Positions 10,651 to 22,155 of a DNA stretch of 64,000 bases are shown here, piece by piece. This DNA comes from Lama guanicoe. Lineage: Eukaryota. Made by a program: the position numbers and the translations under genes. Within the stretch, counting starts at the first letter, position 1. Each line of letters begins with the position of its first letter. The DNA lies in NCBI GenBank assembly GCA_013239625.1, contig MU053933.1, positions 2,905,817-2,969,816 of the forward strand, in the 5' to 3' direction. The notes below the pieces were generated by a model that made no database searches, had not been told where the DNA came from, and saw nothing but the letters and a program-made list of their open reading frames with translations.

Positions 10651-12149
10651 GTTCGTGTACTTTTTCTTTTAGGTTCATTTAGAGCCATGCCTTCCCTAGC
10701 CAGCCGCAAACTCAAGCCAGGAACATTGGTCACTGCGCCAGGCAGGACAGAAGTCCCCCTGCCCCCACGCAGCTGCCTCTGTGGGTCACCCTGACCCATA
10801 TTTGGTCGGGTGTTTGCCTCGGAATTCTATCGGCTCCCGGAGGTGTGTAACACATCAGATCATGTGGGACTCCAGCAAGACACGGGGGGCTCGGCTTCTG
10901 GAGGGAGGCAGGTTAAGTCAGTGAGGGGTCTGCCCACTGCTACCTAGGCGGGCCTGCCAGCGTCCAGCTCTGGGGCCCCCCTCCTCCGGAGGAGAACTTT
11001 GAGAGAGGCTCCTCCTGGGGGGTCAACGGTGCCCAGTCTTCCGCAGGGGCTCCTCCCAGGCTTCACGAGGTGGAAGGTGGGCTCATCCAGGCTTCTGGCT
11101 CCTGCCCAGGCCCCTCCGGCTCTGCCAGGACACAGTGGCCAAGGGACAGCGTTTGGGGGTGGCCTTGAGCTGTGCTGAGGAGTGGGTGGAGAAGCAAGGA
11201 GCTGATTCCTCGATTGCAAAATGCCCAATGGTGAGGGGGAGGGGGGACAGGAGCCCAGGTGACCTCTGCTGAGTGAGATCAGGGAGGAGGGAGGGCTAGA
11301 GACTGAGAGACAGAGATGGGGGTGGGGGGAAGGGCCAGGCCAGGCCCGTGCTCAGTGCTGGAGGGACGCAGGGCCATGAACCCACCCAGCACACCCTGGC
11401 CACCCCAGTGTCAGGACCCCTCGGGGAGTCTATGGCCTGTGGCTTGGAAGGCAAGTGGGATGGACCATGCCTTCCCCAACCCCCTCCCCGCCCAGGCCTC
11501 CATCACGGTGCTGTCCATCACCTCTGGAAGCAAAGCTGAGACCAGATGCCAACACACATAGACACACGCACACATGCGCACACACCAGTGCCAGAGGCAC
11601 CCCAACAAGCACCTTCCAGGAAGATTCCCCCAGAGGCACCCAAGGACGTGTCTGCCCCAGGGTCAGGCCAGGGATCTGGGCTCTGACCCTGAGGCACTGG
11701 TCTGCGGGGATGGAGAGGCCCCAAGGGTCCTGCGTCCTGCATATCCATTCATCTTTCACAAAAAATCCGCACTAGCATCTCTGGTACCTGAAGACTCAGA
11801 TGAGGGTATCGGAAGGACTGAGGCGACTTCGCAGGAAGAGAGACGTGAGGGTCAGGGCACCTCCAGGGCCCTGGCGGGGGTGGGATGGATGGATGCCTGG
11901 GTGCCCTCACCTCCACCCCAGGGTCACGGAGCCTCTGTTGGTGTTGGGGTTGTGTCAGGACAGGAGCAGACGGGGTGAGACTTGCCGGGAGCAGAGGTCT
12001 TTTTGGAAGGTGCGCGTGACCAGGGGCGGGTCACCACCCCTTGGCTCCAGCCAGAGGATGACAGGCGATAACCTGGTTGGAGGCTGTGCGCTGAGGTGGG
12101 ACTTGCCTGTGCACTCCTGCCTCTCACTCAGACATGGCCTGGCGGAGAA

Positions 12150-12800
12150 GTTCCGAGAGTGACACCATCTTGTGCAGAAATACAGAAACACACAAGGAAA
12201 ATGTGGCCACAGCAGCCTTGGAGGGGAGATGACATAGAACGTACATAGCGAGCATAAAGAAGACTTAAATCCCACTGTGAACGACTTTGATTTTATTTTT
12301 TATATAAACTGCAGCACGCATAGATAGAAGACATTTTTTTCTAAAGTCCCATAGAAACGTTTAAAAGATGACCCAAGGTAAAGTGCAAATCAAAGCTCAA
12401 ATGGATTTCAAAAAAATGAAAAATCACCTAGGCCACCTTCCCAGGTCTTAACTCCATAAAACTAAGTATTAACGATACAAAAAAGTGCAGCCCACCCTGA
12501 CTGGCTAAACAATTTCAGTGGTTCTTCCAACCATTGTCGTGGGGTCAAAGAGCAAGTCAAGCTCGCCTAGGTGACACCCACCACCATCAGACAAAGCGCC
12601 CCAGGAGCATTCCTGTTAAACGATGTTTATCATGTCCTGATTTTGCTGTTAAAATGAAAGAAGCCCAAGTTAACTCAGAAACCAGAACCTAAAAGAAACA
12701 AAACGAACCAAAGGAAGTAGGATGAAATAATGAGAAAAGCAGAGATCTATTAATTGGAAAGCAAGTAAATTTTGATTTTTTAAAATCGAAACTATAATTC
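12150..12800 (+). mobile_element. Old L1 (L1M-type) ORF2 fragment
   Basis: A-rich sequence resembling the end of the L1 endonuclease and the linker (agacattttttt...cccatagaaacgttt...aaagctcaaatggatttcaaaaaaatgaaaaatcacctaggccaccttc); no intact ORF. Confidence 0.6.
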
Positions 12801-13099
12801 CTCAAAAAATTAAAATCACATGGCACTGGTCAATTTGACCAAAAACAGTAAAAACGAATGTCCTGGAGGACGGCCTCTGAGTGCAGCCCCCGCGCCTGCG
12901 CAGGACCACTGACAGAGACCACGGTGGGGGGCGGGGGGGACCCACGTCCTGAGGGAGGGGGCACCTGCAGGGAGCCCAGGCTGCCCCCACCTGGAGCTCC
13001 TACGCTCTGCCCGACGTCAGCCTCGTCATTTGATGCAGTTCTGCTCCCCTCTGTTTTATGGAAATTGGCAAATAGAAGTTTAAGTTCATTTCTAAGACC

Positions 13100-14400
13100 A
13101 AGACAAAACCAAGGAAACGCCAAGAAGAGCCCTTCATGAGTCACTCTGCCCGGCAGTGGTGTCAGGAGGGGTCCGGCGCGTGGCACACGGGGGCGCCGGC
13201 AGGACCACTGCTGCCGCCCAGGAGGGGCCCCCAGAGCCAGGCCCCACGGGCCGCGTGGGGCACACGGAGGTGGGAGGCGCCCTGCCTCCAGTGAGGGGGC
13301 CCCGCACCGGGGAGGCGGATTCAGAGGACCAGAGGACGCGGACGGAAAGCTGGGGAGACCAGGCCCGGGGGGAGGGGCAGGAGGGTCCGGGAGGCGCGCC
13401 GGTCGACCCGAGTCCTGGAGAGAGACAGACCCCGAAGTGCAAGGAGGGATTCGGGGGTCTGTAGCCTGGGCGGCGGCCCCTGCGGCTGAGAAGGGGGCCG
13501 GGGTTCTCCAGGAGGTGCGTGTGAGGTCACGTGGAGGCTGCGTGGCCGCGAGTGCGCCTCAGCCCGGAGCACGCCTGCCCTTCCCCGAAGGCGCCTCGCG
13601 GCTCTGGGGCACTGGGCGGACCTGCGACCGAGGCCCGCCGGCGCCGCGTCCCCCTCGCCCCTCCCCACCTGCACGGCCCCTCCCTGCCCCAGCCTCTTGC
13701 CCCCTCCAACCCCCGACTCACCGCCGTTTCCCCGGATGCCTGTTCCCCGTCTCCACAGGCTGGGCCTGGACCCCCAGGAGCTGGGGCGAGACGGGCCCCC
13801 GGCCTTGCACCCTCTCCGGGCAGCGCGGGCCTCCCGCAGCAGGCTCCGGGGGGGGGGGCAGCGCACCCGCGGCAGCTCGCACCACGGGGAGGGCCGCGCG
13901 CAGCGGCCCGACGGCACGGCCCCCTCCCTACACCCGCCCAGGCGCCGCGCCTCCGCCCTCCCCGAGCCGCCCGGTCCCCACCCCCGCGGCCAGAAGCCCG
14001 AGCGCTGCCCTGGGGCAGAGGGGGCCCCGCCCTCGGCAGTTCTTTCGTTGCTGTTCGGAGTGGTTTTCGCTGTGTGGATGCGCCTCCTGTGTTTATCCTC
14101 CGTTCCTTTACGGATGTTTGGGTGGTTGCCAGTTTCAAGGACTGTAGCTAAAAATACGCTGCAGACATCTGCGCGGGAGTCTTCTTGGGAACGTTACGTT
14201 TTCCCCTCTTGTGAGTGGACGCCTGCGCGCGGACTGGGGGCCTTGTCGTGGGAGCACGTTCAGCTTGGCGGGACCCTGCCCGGCGGCGACCGAGCCTGCG
14301 GCGCCGCCCGCCTCACTCGCTTGTGGACACAGGGCGGTCAGCTCTTCACCTGGCCTTTGCGGTGGGGGCGATGTGGCGCCTCTTCCCTCGAAGGCAAACC
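13100..14400 (-). promoter_or_regulatory. CpG island; candidate distal (major) SLC19A1 promoter with GC boxes and a USF-type E-box
   Basis: Very high CpG density. Sp1-type GC boxes at ~13951 (ctccgccc) and ~14025 (ccccgccc), GGTCACGTGG at 13525-13534, and minus-strand donor GCG|GTGAGT at 13722/13721. Confidence 0.8.
13722..13920 (-). other. SLC19A1: Candidate non-coding first exon of SLC19A1 (5' boundary uncertain)
   Basis: Consensus donor GGCG|GTGAGT about 200 nt downstream of the GC boxes; I found no minus-strand ATG in the interval. Confidence 0.55.
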
Positions 14401-14647
14401 TGTGATGTGGCTCGTGTTCCAACCTGCTGGCTAGTCTTTGTAGGTTGTGTTCAGTGTCTGTTCCAATCGTTTGCACGTTTAAAACCTGAGTATTTGTCTT
14501 CTTTTCAGTGAATTGCAGGGCTTCCTAGGTATTCTGGATGCGAGCCGGCTGCTAGATACACGGAATGTTGTTACTAATGTTCGCCCCCAGGCGTGCCTTG
14601 TCTTCTTGTTTGCTTAATGGTGTCTTTTAAAGAGCAGATTTGGTGGG

Positions 14648-14792
14648 GGGGCGGGTATAACTCGGTGGTAGAGTGCGCGCCCAGCATGTACGAGGTCCCA
14701 GGTCCAGCCCCCAGTACCTTCACCAAAAGTGAAAAATAAACCTAATTACCTCCACCCTAAACAATTAAAATAAGAATTAAATTAGAAAAATA
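14648..14792 (+). mobile_element. tRNA-Ala-derived SINE (camelid Vic-1-like)
   Basis: ggggcgggtataactcggtggtagagtgcgcgcccagcatgtacgaggtccc...cccagtacc, then aaataaacctaattacctcc and an A-rich tail; homologous to three other copies in the window. Confidence 0.85.
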
Positions 14793-14925
14793 ACGAGTAG
14801 AGCGTTTAATTTTGGTCAAGTCCAGTCTATCCGTTTTTCCTGCCCTGAATATTGCTTGCTGTATCCTGAGAAGTATGTGCCCATCCCGAGTCTGGGGAAA
14901 TTTTCTGCAATGTTTTCATCCCTAA

Positions 14926-15108
14926 CAGCACTGACCAGCAGACGTCTCTGATGACAGAGAAGTCGGGCCGTGTCTCTATCCTGTCCGACAGGCAGCCACC
15001 AGCTGCAGGTGAGCATGAGAAGTGTGGCTCGGAACTGACTGTTAACTTCACTTCAATTAATTTAAATGTAAGTATGTGTAACTAATGGCTCCCCAAATGG
15101 ACAACACA
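14926..15108. mobile_element. MER3-like hAT-Charlie MITE
   Basis: cagcactgaccagcagacgtctctgatgac...ggaactgactgttaacttcacttcaattaatttaaatgta...aatggacaacacag follows the MER3 layout as I recall it. Confidence 0.65.
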
Positions 15109-15282
15109 GATCTAGACGTTTTACAGGCTTAACTTTTAAACTGACGTTTGTCAGCTGGAAGAGAAAAGCACGATGTGCGAGTCCTGAGTTCAGCTTCACG
15201 TGCGGACGCGCTGAGGACTGCAGGCCCGGAGACAGCCCCCCAGGAGCTCTGGGCAAGCGCTCCACAGAGGTGAAGGGCGGAC

Positions 15283-15308
15283 GTGTGTGTGTGTGTGTGT
15301 GTGTGTGT
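15283..15308. repeat. (TG)n microsatellite
   Basis: Uninterrupted TG run. Confidence 0.95.
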
Positions 15309-17960
15309 GGTTTTGGTGAAGAGGGTCCGAGCAGTCAAGCACGTGTCTCCGTACGCAGGTGTCTCTGTTAATGGTTTTAGTGCCTTTCTGGGTATGGCAA
15401 GATGCAAGAAGTTGGGTTCACAAAGTTTTCTCTTGAAGTATTTATCTGCAGTCCTGTTCTTCCAGTTTTCCCAGAGCACAGAGTGCCTCATGCCAGATCT
15501 CTGCCCTGACCTCCTGTCAGGTGTGTTAAAGGTCACTGACCACTGGGTCCAGTGACTGCATTCTTGTAGAACCAGATGGTGAGCGGTTTTTTGGCTGCCA
15601 AGCACATCGCCCGTTTCTAATGTGTGTTTGTGAATGTGGATGCCCTGTGGGTACCCAGCTGTTCTTGCACAGTTGGTCCAAAGACTGTTCTTTCTCGAAC
15701 TGGATTATGTGGACACCTCTGTTGAAAATCAGCTATCTACGTACATGTGGTCTTTTCCTGGACTTATTTGTCGCCTTTGATTTCCCGTGTGTATGGCCTT
15801 CCCACCTCCCATTTAGCTTTTCTTTCTCAAAACTGATTTCTTGTTGAATGTCTCTTACCTTTCTATATAGATTTTGAATCAGCTTCTCAATTTCTACAAA
15901 GTAAAAAGCCCATTGAGATTTTGATTTTGAGATCAACTTTGAGAATTTTCACCCTAGCAATGAGCTTTCCAGTCTATGAATATGGTATATCTTCCCCTTT
16001 CTTTAGATAATCTTTAACTTCTCCCAGCAGTGCTTTGTGGTTTTCAGTGTAAAGAACATGCAAATTTTCACTAAGTTACTTCTTAGATATTTTATGACTT
16101 TACTGTTACTGGAAGTGGGTGTTTTAAAATTTTTATTTACCGATTATTTGTTGCTAGTATGTAGAAGCACAGTTTATTTTTGTATGAAGTTAGTGTCCTG
16201 GAACCTTGCAAAGTTCACTTATTAATTCTAGTGTTTTGGGGTCGATTTTTTTAGAACTTTCTGTGCTCACAATTGTGCTTCTGTGAATAGAGTCTTTCAC
16301 GTCTTCCAGGTGACCTGAGCTGGGAAGCGAGGGTGGGGGGCTCACTCTCCCCTCTCCCATCTCCCCAGATCTTTGGGACTCACTGCCCCCCATCCTCCTG
16401 CCAGAAGAGCTTGTGGGGGAGGTGGTGAGGGCAGGACAGCCCTCTGCTGCTCCCTCACTATTTTCAAAGCATCCTAACCCTCCGGAGGGCCCTGGCAAGA
16501 CCCAGCCACCACCTCTGCAAAGCTGGGGGAGCAGGCTCAGCTGGAGGAGGCGGGGTGTGCGGGCGAGCGGGTAGAGAGGAGGAAGGAGGCCCTTCTCAGA
16601 GCTGAGGGTAAACAAGCATGAACTCCATACCCCCTGCCTGTGCTAACAAAGACCCTGCCGCTTGCTCGGGTAAATCGCACCTCCACAAAGTTGAAGAGAA
16701 GAACAGGACTGTGCTCTTTAGAAAGCAAGCCGAAGATGCTCAGTGGGACCTCAGCTGGGCTACAAAGCTGCAGGGAGACACCACGGGGCCCCGGAAACCA
16801 CATCCCGGACATGTGCGTGGAAACTGCTGTGTCTGGGAAACGCGGAGAGCAAACTGGTCTGTGATCACAGGATCACGTGCCGCCGCTCTGTTCAAGCCTG
16901 TGTGTGCGTGGTGCGTGTGCACACGGGCACGTGAGTGTGAGTGTGTAAAGAAATTGAAAGAGCTTGCCATCTCAGGTCCAGCCCATGCACACTCTCAGGT
17001 CAGTAGAGCTCCCTGTCTCTCCCCTCCACCTCCCTCTCCCCTCCCCCTCTGGCCCTCCCTCTGCTCCCTGCTGCCTGCTTTCCTATCTCTCACCTGTTGA
17101 TTTGTGTGTGTGTCACTTGTTGGTCCCCCCACCTCAGCCCCTCTTCAGCCCCAGGAGCACAGGGACTGTCCCTTTACCAGGTCCCAGGACCAGGACCAGA
17201 AGAGGGAGGCACATGGAAAAAGTGAGCAGGTGCTGCTCCAAGGCCAGGCCCTCAGGTGAGGGTGTCTCTGGTCGTTCTTGTCCTGAGTCACACTCCTGGC
17301 TTCTCTGCTCTGTAAACAAGGAACCATACAGACACCTTGGAAAGAGCCTCAGGCTGGCCGGGCGAGCGGCTGGCCGGCCACTGGGGGGCAGTGTGGCTCT
17401 GCCTGCAGCTGTGTGATGCGTGGCCTGGGGACGCCGAGGGGACTCCTGGGGTCCAGACTGGCACCACTGCCCAAGGAGTGCGCGTCTGGGGAGTGTGGGC
17501 CAGGGCCAGCAGGCAGCCTCCACTTGCTCAGGCTTGGGACCGCCTGAGGATCCTGGGTTGGGGGCAGGCAAGTCACCCTCCCCACCGGGACAGGGGCCTG
17601 GCCCAGAGCAGCCCCAGGCCGTTCCTGACCTCCTCTCCTCAGCTGAGCCCTGCTGGTCCCAACTGCTGTCCCCTGCCGGACAGGCCTGGGCTGAGCACGC
17701 CCCCCTCAGGTCTGTCTGACCTGACACAGGGCCTGCCTGCCCTGTTCCTGCCCCAGAAGAGAGCAGAACAGTTCCCAACATGTCCACTGCTTTGCTTACT
17801 TTGGCACAAGACTTAGGGCAAGAGACGTGCTTTTTCTCCCAGCAAAACTGAGTGAAAGGATTCTCCCATGTTCTAAACATGCGCATTCACAACTGATACA
17901 GGAAAAATGGATGTGGGGTGAGGAGGGCCATGTCCCAGGTCTCGGTGGAGCCCTGGGACA

Positions 17961-18669
17961 TGCCCCGCCGAGTGTGGGTCTTTGGCTGCACGTAGGAAAG
18001 AATTCAAGGAGGAGCCACAGGTGAGTAAAGGTAGGTGTATTCAGAGAGACACACACCCCCCCCGCCAGACAGAGTGCAGGCTGTGTCCGAAGGCAAGCTC
18101 ACGGCCACGCGCTGTGGGGCGGGTGCTCAGGGTAGCTGAAGGCAGGAGCACTGCCCGCAGCTCTGAGGACCAGGGAGCGAGAGAGGCGGTGAGGCGTGGT
18201 GTTGCCAGTTCTTGTGGGCTCGGTAGCTTCACGTGCCAACAAGCGGGCCGACCATTCCAGCCACTCTGGGGAAGAGGCTGGGATTCCCAGCAACTGGGCC
18301 ATGCCCACGCTGACCGTTCGTGCCAGCCTCGGGGCGGCACGGCACCCATGGGTGTCATTTCCTGTGCTGCTGCATCACAGCGAGCAGACAGCGAAGCTCG
18401 AGTTCTGCCACAAGTCAGATCTCCTGTCGCCTTAATCCTCAGGGCCTACTGGGGGTTGAATCGTCCACCATTTGGGTGTTAAGTGCTGTGACATTCCTTG
18501 ACTGGCTGTGCCCTGCCCCCTTCCCTTCTGTCCCACAACTTGAGTCTCCTGTCTTTGCCCCCAGGAGGAGCCAGCTCAGCGCTGGGTAAACCCTGGCTGC
18601 CTGTGACTGAGGCGGTGGAGCCTCCCTGGGGCCAGGGGCCCCATGCGGTTAGCTTTACTCTTTCTATCA
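17961..18669 (-). mobile_element. ERV1-class solo LTR (boundaries approximate)
   Basis: gggtctttggctgcacgtaggaaagaattcaaggaggagccaca...gtgtattcagagaga resembles the antisense U5/R of MER4-group LTRs; possible TG...CA ends; no clear TSD. Confidence 0.55.
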
Positions 18670-19090
18670 TTACTGACAAATTGATAGATGAACATTTTTG
18701 TTAGTGTTTGGGCTTTTTTCCTACTTTATTTTATTTTACTTTTAACCTGTTGTCCATATTTGCAGATCCTAGCATTGTGCCTTGTTTCCATTTTCAGCAG
18801 AGCACCCGGAGTCGCACCCCACCGCAGCCCTCCTCTTCCCCCCGGAGGCCCCGTTGTGAATTCGGGGTGTGTGCAACTACTCCGTGGGTCTGTGTTTCCC
18901 GAACGTTGCGCCCTGATGTTTGACCTGTTTTAAATGTTCAGGTAAATGGCTCTGAAACTGGCTTATCTTTTCCTGCCTTTTCTGAAAGCAGAGTTGTTGA
19001 GATGGCTGCTGTCAGGACGTGACCACCAGGTGGCAGGCGGCTGCTGGCGTCAGGCCCCGGTTCCACAGCTCCACAGGCAACTCTTGGCAG

Positions 19091-19581
19091 TGTCGACTGA
19101 AATACACGCGCAGCCTAAAAGTTACAGGTCATGTTCTGTTTGGCGGGAGGACTCGAGCCGGGGTGACGGCCTCTCAGGTGTCTCTGAGGGGCTGCTCCGA
19201 AGAGGTAGGGGAGGAGCTGGATGTATAGGGGCTTTACAACAAAGACCAGGTAGTCGGAACAATGCAAGATTACTTGTTACCTAAAGAGAATCAGGCACCT
19301 CAAGGTAAAGAATTTGCGCTGTTCTATGTGTGGGAGGAAGCAAACACTTGGGCTCACTGAATTCATTCCCTCGACAAGCACCTGGCTGTCTAGGGCCAGT
19401 GTCCTGTCCTTTCTTACTCCGAGTCCGCTCAGAGGGCACATTGTGAGTGGCTGCAGAGGCCGGGCTGCAGGCCTGTCCCCACTGGGGGGTGGCAGCAGCC
19501 GCTGATGACTTGGTTTCAGCCTTCTTTGTTTACTGATATGGTTGCAGCATTTTCACTCACAGGGCAGTATTTTCGTTCACA
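19091..19581 (-). repeat. 3' LTR of the provirus
   Basis: About 95% identical (by-eye alignment) to 25210-25700; preceded on the minus strand by GGACCAAGGGGAGCAC (PPT-like). Confidence 0.95.
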
Positions 19582-20520
19582 GTGCTCCCCTTGGTCCTAA
19601 ATTCGACCAATATTTTGGGAGACATTTTGTGACTAATTTTGTCCCACGGTGCTTGGAAGGCTCATTCCTCGATCAGGTGAAGAATCTGTTGACATGCCAC
19701 TCAAAGTGCCAGTTTTGGATCAGGCCCTGTTGATATTAAAAGTTCTCTGGATCACCTGTCTTACTAGTCTATTATGATCCAGGAGATGTTTACCCCTGGT
19801 TGCTCATCCCCATACCTAGAATCACACTATTACAATTATTTTATGCAGGGCTATACGTTTTATCTATTTTCTCAAGATGTTTAGCCATCATCAATCTTGT
19901 TGGAGGCCTGGTTACACACTGGGAAATGGAAGAGACAACAATTTTATAAAATAGACAGGATGTAAGTAATACAGTTAGTAACGCTACTAAAGTCACAAGT
20001 AAGGATTTAATAGTTGAGAAGTTACATTTTTGGGTTAATATTTTGCTTGTGTTTCTGACTGAGCTTGAGTGATCTTGTAAGAAAATTCATATTCACGGTC
20101 AGGCTCAGAGCAGGGATTATTACTTGGCCAGGTGAGGTCTCCCACCTTGTAATGGCAATAGTGGCCTAAACAGAGCTATCATTCCTTTTTAGAATAAATT
20201 TTCTGAGGGCTCGCTAGTTAGAGCCTTGGAGTGGGGAAACCCACCAAGGCAACACAGAAGTACTGGACATGGGTAATTTACCGTGAACCTAACAGTTGGA
20301 TTAGTTTATAAGCAAAGGTGTGAGCAAACATCAAAGTGATTGGTATGCAGGCCTGGTCCGGTGTCTCGGGCCAGCTGTCTACCTCAGGTGTCGTCTTCTT
20401 CCCATGCTGGCCTGGTAGCTTTTTCTTCATTTGAGCGTTGCTTTAAGGAGAGCAGTGCTCTATAGGCCAGTGCACTGCAGGGGCGCTTTCTGACTGGAAA
20501 CTAATCCGAAAGTCAGCTTC

Positions 20521-20645
20521 CTTTAGCTTTCACTGTGCTTGGTCTAGTTAAGAGTACCTGGTAAAGGTCCTTCCATTCAGGTTGGAGACAGTTCTTTAAG
20601 TCACGTCTGTTCTAGTGTGTGCAGCCCCCGGGCTGCAGGTCACGG
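20521..20645 (-). pseudogene. Degraded retroviral integrase C-terminal (GPY/F) remnant
   Basis: The minus strand translates RDLQPGGCTH*NRRDLKNCLQPEWKDLYQVLLTRPSTVK, matching the gammaretroviral LQPGD...LQPRWKGPYQVLLTTPTAVK pattern, with a stop codon. Confidence 0.8.
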
Positions 20646-22105
20646 GGCATCGGATCTTTACCCAAGGATAGACTATTGAGCTTCAGAAGCAAACCTAGAG
20701 TGTCCTTTTAATAATTCAATTAAACTTCGCAGCAATGTAACATTACAGTAAGGAATGATTTGGGAAGTGTCTTAGTAAATATAGTCCTCAATTAACAAAA
20801 CTAGAATTTAATATAATTATAACCATATTCGTCAGTTTACTCAGTCCCATGTAACTAATCCGTTTGTTAACAGTTTTATGAAATCAGAGTTTTCATTAGA
20901 CCTTTAAAATTTCTTACCCAGTTTAGTTCAGTGCTATAAAGCATTTTGTAAAATCATCAGACTAAAACAATAACTGTCTATAAATGACAAAAGATTTAAC
21001 AGCATGGTTAAACACCGTTACACTGTAATCGATAAAGAAACCTGGTCACAATAACCAGAATTATGACTGGTAACATTTCAGATATACCAGGATTTTAGGG
21101 TGTCCATACAAATTCTAGAATATCTATATTAATAATATTTTCTCATACAATATAACCTAGGAAGATTTATTATTCATTTGACAATACCATGTTATTTATC
21201 ATACCAAGTGAAATTTACTAGTTTAAAATCTCTCTTTGGGATGTTTCAGGGGCCCTCTGTAGCATCCCAAAGTTAGCTGGAGATCAAAAGAAATTTAACC
21301 AGAAATTGATATTTGGGAAGCTTGTTAAAAGGTTTCAAAACACTTGGTCAGATAAAAGTATAGATTACTGTGAAAGAGTACTTATTCATTAACAAGAAAA
21401 TATGTCAAAGGTAAAGGCAGAACAGAGCACTTAAGGGGTATGAGTAGCTTTACAATCTGTTACTGAAGGCAGATTAACATTTTAAGAAAACTTTGTCCTT
21501 TTAGCAGAGAGAAAACCAAATCTGGTCTTTTACCAGCTTACTTCTAAGATTCATTTACTTTGACCACATTTATTCTAAACTTAGCCAGTCCCGACCACGT
21601 GCAAAACACTTTCCTCAGGGTTCCTCTTCCACAAGCCTTCCACAGCTTTCTATTCTCATATTATTTTGTCCCTTATTTTCTCTTTCATTTAGAAGTGACC
21701 AGCTTCAGGACAAAGTCACTATTTTCCATTAACAAAATATAATTCCTTCCCTTATATCTTCCTTTACACATTCACCTTACTTTCCTAGGATGCTGAGATG
21801 TTTCCCTTAATAGTAGAGAACATTTCAGGGTGGTGCCAAACATTTATTAATATTTTTAAACACCTTTAGTTTCTCTGTAAGAGGAAGTCAAATGTTAAGT
21901 AATATTTCAATCTTATTTTATCTGAAAGTGGCATAGCTATTTAATAAACTCCCATCATTTAACTTAATTTAGCACAACTCTAGAATTTAAAGACACCAAA
22001 TATTTAGAGATTATTTTAAGCATACATTTTTAAAATATATTTTAAAGAATTTACCCAAAAGGTCTCATCTCATTTGCATTTTAATTTACTTAGAATTTTA
22101 TCACA

Positions 22106-22155
22106 CATTATTATTATTATTATTATTATTAATATTAATAATATTATTATTATTT
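22106..22155. repeat. (ATT)n microsatellite inside the ERV
   Basis: attattattattattattattattaatattaataatattattattatt. Confidence 0.9.

Larger units (their letters stand above)
14035..16300 (-). mobile_element. Old L1M 3' ORF2/3'UTR fossil, interrupted by a SINE, a MER3 and a (TG)n tract
   Basis: Typical antisense L1 phrases: gtttatcc...gatgtttgggtggttgccagttt, gtattctggatgcgagcc, acctctgttgaaaatcagct, tttgaatcagcttctcaatttctacaaa, gctagtatgtagaagcacagtttatttttgtatg. Confidence 0.8.

Noticed and set aside
13321..14434. Overlapping ORFs of 200-245 aa on both strands
   Set aside because: CpG island and L1-derived sequence open in many frames at once, typical of GC artefacts.
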